Below, one piece after another: positions 55,721 to 64,000 of a stretch of DNA of 64,000 nucleotides (the first letter of the stretch is position 1; every line of letters starts with the position of its first letter). The stretch spans positions 5,372 to 69,371 of the forward strand of contig CACEVU010000001.1 of assembly GCA_902563105.1 (NCBI GenBank), given 5' to 3'. The notes beneath the pieces are model-generated. The model was not told where the DNA came from and made no database searches. It saw only the letters and a program-made list of their open reading frames with translations. Both the position numbers and the translations under genes were made by a program. The DNA is from an uncultured SAR86 cluster bacterium. GTDB lineage: Bacteria > Pseudomonadota > Gammaproteobacteria > Magnimaribacterales > AG-339-G14.

Positions 55721-56290
55721 ATGAATAAGACTGAAGCAAGAGACTTGATTTCAAAGGGTTTCAAAAGTTTGCCTGCTTCGGTTATAAGTCTTCACCAAAG
55801 AGCTCACTTAGACTTATTAAAATCTTTAATTCAAGAACATAACTTTTCACATGTAGCTAGTTACGTTTCTCTCCAGAACGAAGTTTCAACTGAGAAAATT
55901 AATAAATTCCTTCTCAACTCTAAAATTAAGCTTTATCTTCCAAAAATCGATCCAAAAAGGAACATTTTGGACTTCATTCTCTGCGAAAAAAAAACTGAAT
56001 TTAAAAAGAACTCTTTGGGGGTTTTAGAACCCGTTGGCAATCAAATTATTCAACTTAAAGAATTAGATGCAGTGATTGTTCCTTTGAGAGCTTTTAACGG
56101 ACAATTTAAAAGATTGGGTTTTGGGGGTGGATTTTATGACAAAACCTTTTCGGTAGAAACGCAACCAAAATTTATTGGTCTTGCATATAAGTTTCAATAT
56201 CTGAAGAAACTAAATCTTGAAGATTTTGATATTAAATTAGACGTAGTTTTAACGGACAGAATATTATTTGAGAAAAGCCTGATAGCCTAA
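55721..56290 (+). CDS. ygfA: 5-formyltetrahydrofolate cyclo-ligase
   Basis: 189 aa. The motif LRAFNGQFKRLGFGGGFYDK (GxGxGxYDR-type) is present. It lies directly after 6S RNA. Confidence 0.8.
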   Translation: MNKTEARDLISKGFKSLPASVISLHQRAHLDLLKSLIQEHNFSHVASYVSLQNEVSTEKINKFLLNSKIKLYLPKIDPKRNILDFILCEKKTEFKKNSLGVLEPVGNQIIQLKELDAVIVPLRAFNGQFKRLGFGGGFYDKTFSVETQPKFIGLAYKFQYLKKLNLEDFDIKLDVVLTDRILFEKSLIA

Positions 56291-57796
56291 ATTTTCAGTT
56301 TCTCTTGTAAAAGGATAGGCAATCTTTAATAAATCTCTTTCTAAATTCTTTACTTCGTTTTCTTTTAAAGTAAATCCGACTAAAGCACCGCCATAAATTG
56401 CTCCTTGATTTTTATAATGAAAAAGAGAAATATCCCAATTATCTTTAAGCAAAGATAAAAAATTTAATAATGCACCAGGTTTTTCAGGGAAATCGACGCT
56501 ATAAACTTCTTCAACGAGCTCATTATCCAGTTCCGGTCCTCTTCCACCATGCATAAATTTAAGGTGTTTTTTTGAAATTTCATCGTTACTCAAATCTGTA
56601 AAAAGATATTTTCTAATTTTTAAATTTTTTAAAAAAAGTTCCTTACTCTTTTTTGAATCTTGAAGTTCAAGACCCAAAAGAATTTTTGCAGAAGCACTTG
56701 CATCTTTTCTGTAACTAAACTCAGTGATGTTTCTTTGTCCAATGTCTTTGCAAAGTTTTCTAAATGCTCCCTTTTTTTCATCAATGGAAATACTCAATAT
56801 TATTTCTTTTTTTTCTCCAATTTTAGATCTTTCAACAATGTGTCCAAGCGACTCAAAATTTAGATTGGAACCACAATAAGTTGCAATCAAATTTTTATTC
56901 TTTATTCTTTTTTGACCAACATACTTTTTCAAACCAGCAAGAGCTAATGCGCCAGTTGGCTCTGGAACAGTTCTAGTTTCCATAAAAGTATCTTTCACTG
57001 CAGCACAAATTTCATCGGTATCGACTGTTATTGAGTCATCTAAAAAATCTTTAATGAGTTCGTAGTTATGCTTACCTATTTGCTTTGCCGCAGCTCCGTC
57101 AGCAAATAATCCAACCTCTTTTAGCTTTATTCTTTTGCCAGCAATTATTGAAGCTTGTAATCCAGCAGAATCTGCTGCCTCAACGCCTATTATCTTTACA
57201 TTTGGATGAGATTTTTTTAAGTATGCTCCAATTCCAGCGATTAAGCCTCCACCGCCGACTGCAACAAATACTGCGTAAAGATTCTCAGGAAACTGTTCCG
57301 AAATTTCCATACCAACCGTGCCTTGACCAGCAATAACTAATGGGTCGTCAAAAGGGTGTATAAAATTTACCTTATTTTTTTTGCAAAAGACTCTCGACTC
57401 TTTAAGGGCATCATCAAAATTATTACCAACTAAAACTACTTTTGCTTTTAGCTCCTTTACTGCATTAACTTTTATAAGAGGAGTAGTTTTAGGCATAAAA
57501 ATTGTCGCTTTAATGCCTCGTTCTTTTGCCGAATAAGCTACACCCTGAGCATGGTTTCCTGCTGATGCCGTTGCAACTTCAGAGATCTTTTTTGATTCAC
57601 AAAGATGAGCAATTTTATTATAGGCACCTCTAATTTTAAAAGAATGAGTTGGTTGTAAATCTTCTCTTTTGAGGTAAATGGCATTACCCATTTCCCTAGA
57701 TAAATAATCAGCTTTGCTCAGAGGTGAAACATTAGCGACTTCGTAAACTCTAGTGTTCTCTATCTTGTTTATGTAGTTTTTGAATACTTTTTTCAT
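56264..57796 (-). CDS. ilvA: Biosynthetic threonine ammonia-lyase (threonine dehydratase)
   Basis: 510 aa. The PLP lysine motif HSFKIRGAYNK, SAGNHAQGVA and VAVGGGGLIAGI are present. Two C-terminal regulatory ACT-like repeats follow. It diverges from rpiA as in Pseudomonas. Confidence 0.9.
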   Translation of the reverse strand: MKKVFKNYINKIENTRVYEVANVSPLSKADYLSREMGNAIYLKREDLQPTHSFKIRGAYNKIAHLCESKKISEVATASAGNHAQGVAYSAKERGIKATIFMPKTTPLIKVNAVKELKAKVVLVGNNFDDALKESRVFCKKNKVNFIHPFDDPLVIAGQGTVGMEISEQFPENLYAVFVAVGGGGLIAGIGAYLKKSHPNVKIIGVEAADSAGLQASIIAGKRIKLKEVGLFADGAAAKQIGKHNYELIKDFLDDSITVDTDEICAAVKDTFMETRTVPEPTGALALAGLKKYVGQKRIKNKNLIATYCGSNLNFESLGHIVERSKIGEKKEIILSISIDEKKGAFRKLCKDIGQRNITEFSYRKDASASAKILLGLELQDSKKSKELFLKNLKIRKYLFTDLSNDEISKKHLKFMHGGRGPELDNELVEEVYSVDFPEKPGALLNFLSLLKDNWDISLFHYKNQGAIYGGALVGFTLKENEVKNLERDLLKIAYPFTRETENLGYQAFLK

Positions 57797-57850
57797 AAAA
57801 ATTCTTGAAAGCGAGGTATTATACGTAGAGTTCTCTTATAAGCCATAGAT

Positions 57851-58528
57851 ATGGAAAATTCTAACTCAGAAACAAAACAAGCTGTTGCACGGAAAGCTTT
57901 TGAGTATTTGAATTCTAAGCTTCATAAAGATTGTATCCTTGGAATTGGTACGGGTAGTACAACAAATTTTTTCATCCAAGAGTTGATCGAACACAAACCT
58001 GAAATAAAAGCCATAGTTTCAAGTTCCTTAGCTAGTAGTCAGTTGATAGAAGAAGCAGGCTTAGAAGTTTCCGAATTAAATGATGTGGGTGCTCCAGATT
58101 TTTATATTGATGGAGCTGATGAAATAAACGATCGCTTCGAAATGATAAAAGGCGGCGGAGGCGCACTCACTAGAGAAAAAATAATTGCGACAGCTTCTAA
58201 AAAGTTTATCTGCATTTGTGATTCTTCTAAAAAAGTAAAAATGCTTGGAAAATTTCCAGTAGCCGTTGAAGTAATTCCAATGGCAAGAAGTTACGTAGCC
58301 AGACAAATGGTTGTTAAAGGAGGCAGCCCTGAATATAGAGTTGGATTCGTTTCCGATAATGGAAATCAGATCATTGATGTCAGAAATTTAAAGCTAAGTG
58401 TTCCTTATGATTTTGAAAATGAAATCAATAATATTCCAGGAGTAGTTGCCAATGGTATTTTTGCTGTAAGGAAAGCGGATTATCTAGTTATCGATAAAAA
58501 TGGGGTTCCTGAAATTTTAGAGCAGTGA
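57851..58528 (+). CDS. rpiA: Ribose-5-phosphate isomerase A
   Basis: 225 aa. Motifs GIGTGSTTNFFI, IDGADEI and KGGGGALTREKI are present. Confidence 0.92.
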   Translation: MENSNSETKQAVARKAFEYLNSKLHKDCILGIGTGSTTNFFIQELIEHKPEIKAIVSSSLASSQLIEEAGLEVSELNDVGAPDFYIDGADEINDRFEMIKGGGGALTREKIIATASKKFICICDSSKKVKMLGKFPVAVEVIPMARSYVARQMVVKGGSPEYRVGFVSDNGNQIIDVRNLKLSVPYDFENEINNIPGVVANGIFAVRKADYLVIDKNGVPEILEQ

Positions 58529-59113
58529 CTCGATTGCAGAAATTATTTCTTTACTATCAGGCTCAACATTTTTTGAAAATGGCTTCAAAACTTCACCATC
58601 TTTAGAGATCAAATATTTAGTAAAATTCCAATCAGGAGATTCGCCGGTTATCAAAGCTAAATTTTGAAAAAAACTGTTCGCTTTTTTTCCTTTAACACTC
58701 GAAGTAGCGAACATTGGGAATGTTACTCCATACTTTGAGCTACAAAATTCTTTTACTTTTCCTTCATCGTTATATTCTTGGAACATAAAATCTCTTGAAG
58801 GAAAACCTAAAATTATGAAATCTTTATCTTGGTAATTTTCAAAAAGAGCCTGTAAGGCTTCATATTGATAAGTAAAACCACATCTACTGGCAACATTGAC
58901 AGCTAAGACAACTTTATCCTTATGAGTACACAGATTAATAATATCTTTGGAGTCTAGGACCCTTAAGTCATGATTCAATATCGCGGGGCATCCTTCTACA
59001 GGAATTTTATTGAGGTTTGGTTCGTAATTTACTGCGCTTAAGTTTTCAACTTCTGCATTACCTTGACTACAACTAAAAAGAAATGTGGAAAAAAGAAAAA
59101 GCACTAATTTCAT
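58517..59113 (-). CDS. Glutathione peroxidase family protein, exported (possible lipoprotein)
   Basis: 198 aa. The N-terminus ends in FLFSCS. Motifs VNVASRCGFT (catalytic Cys encoded by TGT, not TGA), LGFPSRDFMFQE and WNFTKYLI are present. Confidence 0.85.
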   Translation of the reverse strand: MKLVLFLFSTFLFSCSQGNAEVENLSAVNYEPNLNKIPVEGCPAILNHDLRVLDSKDIINLCTHKDKVVLAVNVASRCGFTYQYEALQALFENYQDKDFIILGFPSRDFMFQEYNDEGKVKEFCSSKYGVTFPMFATSSVKGKKANSFFQNLALITGESPDWNFTKYLISKDGEVLKPFSKNVEPDSKEIISAIESLL

Positions 59114-59136
59114 AACGTTAAATTAAATAATAAAGT

Positions 59137-59745
59137 TCAGTAAATCAACACCTGAGTGCCTTTCCTCACTCTATTGAATAACTTTATAACATCCATATTT
59201 TTCATCCTGATACAACCCAAACTTGCTGGTTCGCCAATCAAACCCTCTTCTGCAGTACCATGTATGTATATGTATCGACTTTTTGAATCCACATTGCCAC
59301 CTTTATTTTTCCCAATTTCCAAGCCATCTAGCCAAAGAATCCGAGTAGTAATGACATCTTCTTTGATATCAATTTTTTCTATGATTGGCTGAACTACCTC
59401 ACCGGTAAATTTCCTTGCTTTAAAAACAGAACCTATTTTTGCCCCTTTACCAATTTTTTCAGAAATAATGTGAGCACCAAGGGGCGTCATTAAACTGTCG
59501 CGAACACTGCCTATACCGTAAGCAGATGACGAAATGGGATAGGTTTTGCTTGAGTAAAGGCTTTTTATGGTTAGTTCTTGTTTGGCTAAATTTATTAAAA
59601 TATGAGTCCGGTTTTTATTCATTTCGCTGAACTTTTGCAAATTAATATTCTCATAAGATGAATAATCTAGAGGAATTACACTGCAACCATAAAAAAAGGC
59701 AGAACTTAAAACCAAATAAACTGAGTAATTAAATAAATTTTTCAT
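59137..59745 (-). CDS. L,D-transpeptidase (YkuD domain) family protein
   Basis: 202 aa. The N-terminal signal ends in FFYGCS. The catalytic motif is YIYIHGTAEEGLIGEPASLGCIRM (HG...SxGCIR). Confidence 0.8.
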   Translation of the reverse strand: MKNLFNYSVYLVLSSAFFYGCSVIPLDYSSYENINLQKFSEMNKNRTHILINLAKQELTIKSLYSSKTYPISSSAYGIGSVRDSLMTPLGAHIISEKIGKGAKIGSVFKARKFTGEVVQPIIEKIDIKEDVITTRILWLDGLEIGKNKGGNVDSKSRYIYIHGTAEEGLIGEPASLGCIRMKNMDVIKLFNRVRKGTQVLIY

Positions 59746-61255
59746 CTCTTCTAAATTTTAATATCGCAGACACAAAAAAGATAATAATCAACATAATCAA
59801 GAAAGGGGTTTTTCCAAAACTTGCATAAGGAGTTTGGCCAGATTTAAGGATCACGTCTTCCTGAAAACTTTCTAACTCTGCTTTGCCGCTAAAAGTTTCA
59901 ATTTTTTCAAGTATTTGACCTTTATGATTTATCAAGGCACTAATTCCAGTTGAAGTGGATCTGACTAAATATTTTTGATGTTCAGCTGCCCTAAATCTTG
60001 CAATCTGTAAATGTTGATGAGGTCCTAAGCCATTTCCAAACCAATTGTCATTACTGGCATTAAATAAAACATTGCTATTTTTGCTATTAGATAAAAAAGT
60101 ATCTTGATAGGCGATTTCATAACAAATCGCTGAGGATATTTTTATAAGATCATTGCCAATAAGATCTCTTATTTTGCCTGGCAATATTTGCGGACGATTA
60201 AAATCAAAAAAATCAAAAAATATGCTGAAAAGTCCTGAAAGAGGAACGTATTCACCAAAGGGGACCAAAAACTTTTTATCGTAAGAACCCCTGACGTTTC
60301 CAATTCCTATCAAAGTGTTATTAATTTTCTCTGATCTGGTTTCTGATAAAGAACCTATAACCATGCCTAGCATATCATTCTCACTGAGAATGCTATTTCT
60401 AAATTCGGCAATTTGGTCTTTTTTAATTAATGAAGTAAGAGTTACTTCTGGCCAAAACATAATAGTTGACTGACTCAGATTTTGTATTGGATTTTGAATT
60501 AATTTTTTTTCTATTTCGTTTTCAACTTTTTTTTGGCCTATTTGCGTCCATTTTTCTTTGATATCAATATTGGGTTGAACAACTATTGCAGAGATTTTTT
60601 CTGCAGATTTAGTCCAATCAATTTTTTCAAGCGGTTGATTGCCAACAAAAATAATTACTAAGATTAAGAAAAAAAGATACGGAGATTTATTCTGGGTCAA
60701 CTGTCTTAGGTTAAAAATTAAAGAAAGAAAAATTTGGGAAATTAAAACAACAAAAAAGCTTATGCCAAAGATTCCAAGCACAGGAATGTATCCTTGTAGC
60801 AAGGTGTTATCGACGGTGGTATAACCTATATAGAGCCAAGGGAAACCAGTAAAAAGAAATTCTCTCAACCATTCGCTCAATACCCAAGCGGCCGGGAAAA
60901 GCAGAAAAACTTTATAGCTTTTTCTTTGGTTTTTAACAAGGCTAAATAGGCTAAAGCTAAGAGCTTGAAACAAACTTAAAAAAGCTGCCAACAATAATGT
61001 TAAAAAACTCCCTAATAATGGTGAAGCTCCTCCATATACAGTTATGCTTTTTTCTATCCAAAATATTCCAAATGCCCAAAGGCCAAAACCAAAAAAGTAC
61101 GAAATAAAAAAAGTACTTTTGATGCTTTCATTTTTAATCAATTGATATAGGAGCCCCGGAATAAGAAAAGCTAAAGCCCAGAGATTAAAGGGCTGAAAAG
61201 CCAAGATGATTAGAGAACCTAAAAAAAACCCAGCGAAAAATTTATAATAATTCAC
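59729..61255 (-). CDS. lnt: Apolipoprotein N-acyltransferase
   Basis: 508 aa. An N-terminal multi-pass membrane domain is followed by a C-terminal CN-hydrolase domain (WPE, SSAICYEIAY with catalytic Cys, NASNDNWFG). Confidence 0.88.
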   Translation of the reverse strand: MNYYKFFAGFFLGSLIILAFQPFNLWALAFLIPGLLYQLIKNESIKSTFFISYFFGFGLWAFGIFWIEKSITVYGGASPLLGSFLTLLLAAFLSLFQALSFSLFSLVKNQRKSYKVFLLFPAAWVLSEWLREFLFTGFPWLYIGYTTVDNTLLQGYIPVLGIFGISFFVVLISQIFLSLIFNLRQLTQNKSPYLFFLILVIIFVGNQPLEKIDWTKSAEKISAIVVQPNIDIKEKWTQIGQKKVENEIEKKLIQNPIQNLSQSTIMFWPEVTLTSLIKKDQIAEFRNSILSENDMLGMVIGSLSETRSEKINNTLIGIGNVRGSYDKKFLVPFGEYVPLSGLFSIFFDFFDFNRPQILPGKIRDLIGNDLIKISSAICYEIAYQDTFLSNSKNSNVLFNASNDNWFGNGLGPHQHLQIARFRAAEHQKYLVRSTSTGISALINHKGQILEKIETFSGKAELESFQEDVILKSGQTPYASFGKTPFLIMLIIIFFVSAILKFRRDEKFI

Positions 61256-61280
61256 GCTTTATTTTATCTGAATTAAAGAG

Positions 61281-61946
61281 TTATTGATTCAGCCAATAGC
61301 CAATGTTCTTTTCTTTGAAAATCTTACAAGTCTCAACGATTGGTAAACCTACAACATTGCTATAGCTGCCCTCCAAAGATTCAACAAACAAAGCACCATA
61401 TCCTTGAATACCATAGGCGCCCGCTTTATCTTCTGGTTCCTTAGTTGCCCAATATTTTGCACATTCATTGGCAGTTAAATTTGTAAATTGAATTTCGGTT
61501 TTGACGAGATCAAACATCATTTTTACTTCAGCATCAGAGTCAGAATCGGTTTCGCTAAAGCAAACACAAGTCATTACCGAATGTTTTCTTCCTGAAAATT
61601 CAAGGAGCATTGCTATGGCATGATCCTTATTTTGCGGCTTTCCAAATATTTTGTCATCCAAGGCAACAATAGTATCAGCTGTTAAAATAGGTTTATTGGC
61701 TAGTTTTTTTTTCTGTCTTATTGCATGTGCCGCAAGGCATTTTTGTTGGGTATTTTTTATAACAAAGTCTTCAGGACTTTCGTTGGTAAAATTAGTCTCA
61801 TCAAAATCACATTTAAGGATTTCAAATCTTACTTTAAGTTTTTTGAGAATTTCAGATCTTCTAGGAGAACTGGAAGCTAGATAAATATCGAAACTATTTG
61901 ATTTTTTCTTCTTTGTAGATGACGTGTTTTTTGACTCTAGGGTCAT
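61281..61946 (-). CDS. maf: Maf-like nucleoside triphosphate pyrophosphatase
   Basis: 221 aa. Motifs [20 protein letters not shown] and AGAYGIQG are present. The only canonical start codon (ATG 61946) lies inside rpmG, so a 20-residue Lys-rich N-terminal tail is implied. Confidence 0.8.
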   Translation of the reverse strand: MTLESKNTSSTKKKKSNSFDIYLASSSPRRSEILKKLKVRFEILKCDFDETNFTNESPEDFVIKNTQQKCLAAHAIRQKKKLANKPILTADTIVALDDKIFGKPQNKDHAIAMLLEFSGRKHSVMTCVCFSETDSDSDAEVKMMFDLVKTEIQFTNLTANECAKYWATKEPEDKAGAYGIQGYGALFVESLEGSYSNVVGLPIVETCKIFKEKNIGYWLNQ

Positions 61947-62049
61947 ACTTTTTAAATTCTATTTTATCTGGTGTTTTGGTTTTATTTTTGTCCGTTGTAT
62001 AGAAATGGCCCGTTCCTGCGGAAGAGACTAATTTTATTTTTTCTCTCAT
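61894..62049 (-). CDS. rpmG: 50S ribosomal protein L33
   Basis: It falls below the ORF-track cut-off. My translation reads [51 protein letters not shown]. An ATGA overlap links it to the rpmB stop, in the classic rpmB-rpmG pair. Confidence 0.9.
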   Translation of the reverse strand: MREKIKLVSSAGTGHFYTTDKNKTKTPDKIEFKKYDPRVKKHVIYKEEKIK

Positions 62050-62282
62050 ATCTTTTCACCTCGACCTCTAATTTCTTTTAAAACCACTTCAATACCTTTT
62101 TTATCGATTATTCTCATTCCCTTTGCAGAAAGCGTCAGCGTCACATATTTATTTTCAGATTCGACCCAAAACTTGTGACGATGCAGATTAGGCATAAATT
62201 TTCTTTTGGTTTTATTAATAGCCTTTGAAACGTTGTTTCCCGCCATTGGTGTTTTACCTGTTACTTGACACTGCTTGCTCAT
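62046..62282 (-). CDS. rpmB: 50S ribosomal protein L28
   Basis: 78 aa. [39 protein letters not shown] parallels E. coli L28. Confidence 0.93.
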   Translation of the reverse strand: MSKQCQVTGKTPMAGNNVSKAINKTKRKFMPNLHRHKFWVESENKYVTLTLSAKGMRIIDKKGIEVVLKEIRGRGEKI

Positions 62283-62356
62283 AATATACCTTTACAAGAA
62301 GAGCTTTATACCAGAATCCTAAGTTCAAAGAAACCTATCTGAGTTATAATTTTCAT

Positions 62357-63559
62357 ATGGAACAATTGGCAAATAGACAAATTCTACTATGTGTAACAGG
62401 CGGCATTGCTGCTTATAAGGCTGCAGAATTAATAAGATTATTCAAAAGCTCCGGATCTGAAGTCAGAGTGCTTATGACCAAAGCCGCCAAAGAATTTATC
62501 ACGCCGCTCACCATGCAAGCTCTGTCAGGTAATGAGATTCATTCGGATTTACTAGATACTAATGCTGAATCTGCCATGGGGCATATCGAATTAGCTAGAT
62601 GGGCTGACGCGATTGTAATTTCTCCTTGTTCGGCAGATAGCCTGGCAAAACTTGCTGCAGGTAGAGGAGATGATTTATTGTCAGCAGTTTGTCTGGCTGC
62701 AGATTCTAAAATATTTTTTGCCCCTGCAATGAATCAAGGTATGTGGAAAGATAAACGTACGCAGAAAAATTTATCTTCATTGAGAGAATCTTCTTTTCAT
62801 CAAATAGGCCCTAATAAGGGAGATCAAGCATGTGGAGACATTGGCCCCGGCCGAATGTCTGAGCCGAAGGAAATTATCCAAGAGGTAGCTAAAGAATTTT
62901 CTTCTGGGCTGCTTGCAGGAAAAAAAGTTCTTATCACCGCCGGGCCTACTAGAGAAAAAATTGATCCCGTTAGATATATCTCTAACAAAAGTTCAGGAAA
63001 AATGGGTTTCTCACTTGCTAAAGCTGCAGTTGGAGAATCCGCCATAGTCACTTTGATATCTGGACCTGTAACTTTAGAAACTCCTGAAAGAGTGCACCGA
63101 ATAGACATTGAATCTGCTGAGGAAATGAGAGAAAAAGTTATTGAAAACCTATCTGATATTGATTTATTTATCTCAACAGCTGCTGTTTCTGATTTTAAAA
63201 TGAAAAATGCAAAGTCCCAAAAAATCAAAAAAGAACAATCAAAGAGTATGAGTTTGCAGCTAGAAAAAAATGAAGACATTTTAAAGCTCGTTTCTAAAAA
63301 AAACCCCGAACTTAAGATAGTTGGTTTCGCTGCGGAAACAGAAAATATGATTGATAACGCACGAAAAAAATTATCCTCAAAAAATTTAAATTTAATTGTT
63401 GCAAATGATGTATCAGATAGCTCAATAGGTTTTGACTCCAATAATAACGAAGTAACTTTAATCACCGAAAAGGAAGAATTAAATATACCTAAAACTTCGA
63501 AAGAGAAAGTAGCAAGAAAAATAGTTCAATTTATTTCAAAAAACGTCCTCGATGATTAG
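62357..63559 (+). CDS. coaBC: Bifunctional phosphopantothenoylcysteine decarboxylase / phosphopantothenate--cysteine ligase
   Basis: 400 aa. Motifs [47 protein letters not shown] and AAVSDF are present. It diverges from rpmB and is followed by dut. Confidence 0.92.
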   Translation: MEQLANRQILLCVTGGIAAYKAAELIRLFKSSGSEVRVLMTKAAKEFITPLTMQALSGNEIHSDLLDTNAESAMGHIELARWADAIVISPCSADSLAKLAAGRGDDLLSAVCLAADSKIFFAPAMNQGMWKDKRTQKNLSSLRESSFHQIGPNKGDQACGDIGPGRMSEPKEIIQEVAKEFSSGLLAGKKVLITAGPTREKIDPVRYISNKSSGKMGFSLAKAAVGESAIVTLISGPVTLETPERVHRIDIESAEEMREKVIENLSDIDLFISTAAVSDFKMKNAKSQKIKKEQSKSMSLQLEKNEDILKLVSKKNPELKIVGFAAETENMIDNARKKLSSKNLNLIVANDVSDSSIGFDSNNNEVTLITEKEELNIPKTSKEKVARKIVQFISKNVLDD

Positions 63560-64000
63560 GTGGATTTTACTGAAGTTAGTGGGAATTTTTCTCCCTTCTT
63601 TAATATCAAAAGCCGTTCAACCTTCTCAACCTTCTCAACCAGCTGCAACTAATAACAGTGTAGATGTAGATTTTAAGATTTTGGACAATGAATTAGGAGA
63701 TAAAATTCCTTTGCCAAAATTTTCTACTGCAGGATCAGCAGCTTTAGATTTGAGGACTAATATTAGAGAAAAAAAAGTTCTTCAATCAGATGAGACTTAT
63801 CTTTTTACGACAGGATTTTCTATTCATATTAAAGACTCTAAGTTTGCAGCATTAATTCTTCCTCGCTCAGGTTTAGGTCATAAACACGGCATTGTTCTAG
63901 GAAATTTAGTAGGTTTGATTGATTCAGACTATCAGGGAGAAATTATGGTGTCTTTATGGAATAGATCTAAAGAGTCTTTTGAGATATTGCCTGGCGATAG
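63552..64000 (+). CDS. dut: dUTP diphosphatase, 3'-truncated by the window end, with an unusual N-terminal extension
   Basis: Absent from the ORF track because it is open-ended. My translation reads [68 protein letters not shown]...[36 protein letters not shown]. From VDFKIL onward it is colinear with E. coli Dut. The only canonical in-frame starts are ATG 63552 and GTG 63579. Confidence 0.85.
   Translation, partial: MIRWILLKLVGIFLPSLISKAVQPSQPSQPAATNNSVDVDFKILDNELGDKIPLPKFSTAGSAALDLRTNIREKKVLQSDETYLFTTGFSIHIKDSKFAALILPRSGLGHKHGIVLGNLVGLIDSDYQGEIMVSLWNRSKESFEILPGD
63618..63641 (+). repeat. 9-bp in-frame tandem repeat (CAACCTTCT x about 2.6) encoding QPSQPSQP in the dut N-terminal extension
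   Basis: CAACCTTCTCAACCTTCTCAACCA read directly from the sequence. Confidence 0.9.

Noticed and set aside
55563-55754. 63-aa minus-strand ORF between zapA and ygfA.
   Set aside because: It overlaps the region that is much better explained as 6S RNA, given the conserved position, the GAGCCGAT motif, the terminal helix and the extended -10 promoter. It also runs into the ygfA start.
62824-63465. 213-aa ORF antisense to coaBC. Many similar antisense or shadow ORFs appear in the track (for example 1453-1713, 3358-3642, 7944-8309, 13143-13529, 14120-14494, 16793-17083, 19711-20136, 32218-32457, 40178-40495, 40936-41181, 46350-46604, 53050-53316, 57085-57336 and 58076-58306).
   Set aside because: Each lies entirely opposite a gene with strong family motifs. 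Their translations are low-complexity (Ser/Phe/Leu/Ile/Lys-rich) mirror images of AT-rich codons, with no motifs, and stop codons are sparse on the antisense strand of such genes. I treat them as spurious.

Overview
The window is AT-rich (roughly one-third G+C by eye) and very gene-dense. I call about 70 protein genes, one tRNA and one 6S RNA. Many neighbouring genes overlap by 1-17 nt (ATGA, GTGA and TAATG junctions). I found no transposase, integrase, phage gene or CRISPR array. Gene order is typical of Gammaproteobacteria: lptD-surA-pdxA-rsmA-apaH, rpe...trpEGDC, fis-purH-purD, dnaG-rpoD-tRNA(CAU), ubiH-pepP facing zapA-6S RNA-ygfA, rpmB-rpmG facing coaBC-dut, and tesA facing ybbA-ybbP. Together with the streamlining, this suggests a small-genome marine gammaproteobacterium such as a SAR86-like lineage. 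That assignment is inference only. Most of the window is core housekeeping. The stand-out region is about 35.0-52.5 kb. It holds a 1039-aa TonB-dependent receptor, a Fur-box-controlled fbpABC ferric ABC transporter and a Fur-controlled 704-aa siderophore-type receptor. It then holds a compact locus encoding all eight haem-biosynthesis steps: a Shemin-type 5-aminolevulinate synthase divergent from hemC(+putative hemD)-hemB-hemE-hemH-hemF-hemG. An ALA synthase is unexpected in a gammaproteobacterial-type context. The block ends with a secreted Trp-rich protein of unknown family, whose promoter carries a Fur operator identical over 22 nt to the receptor's. Other points worth a second look are listed below.
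- An in-frame TGA interrupts an otherwise fully conserved surA.
- A bacterial COQ4-like protein has an HDxxH...E motif.
- A PQQ-type dehydrogenase is translationally coupled to an unknown polytopic membrane protein.
- The tesA/ybbAP module is extended by unknown small genes.
- rpmG and maf overlap out of frame by 53 nt.
- dut carries a hydrophobic and repeat-containing N-terminal extension.
All calls rest on reading the translations and the DNA by eye. No database search was run.
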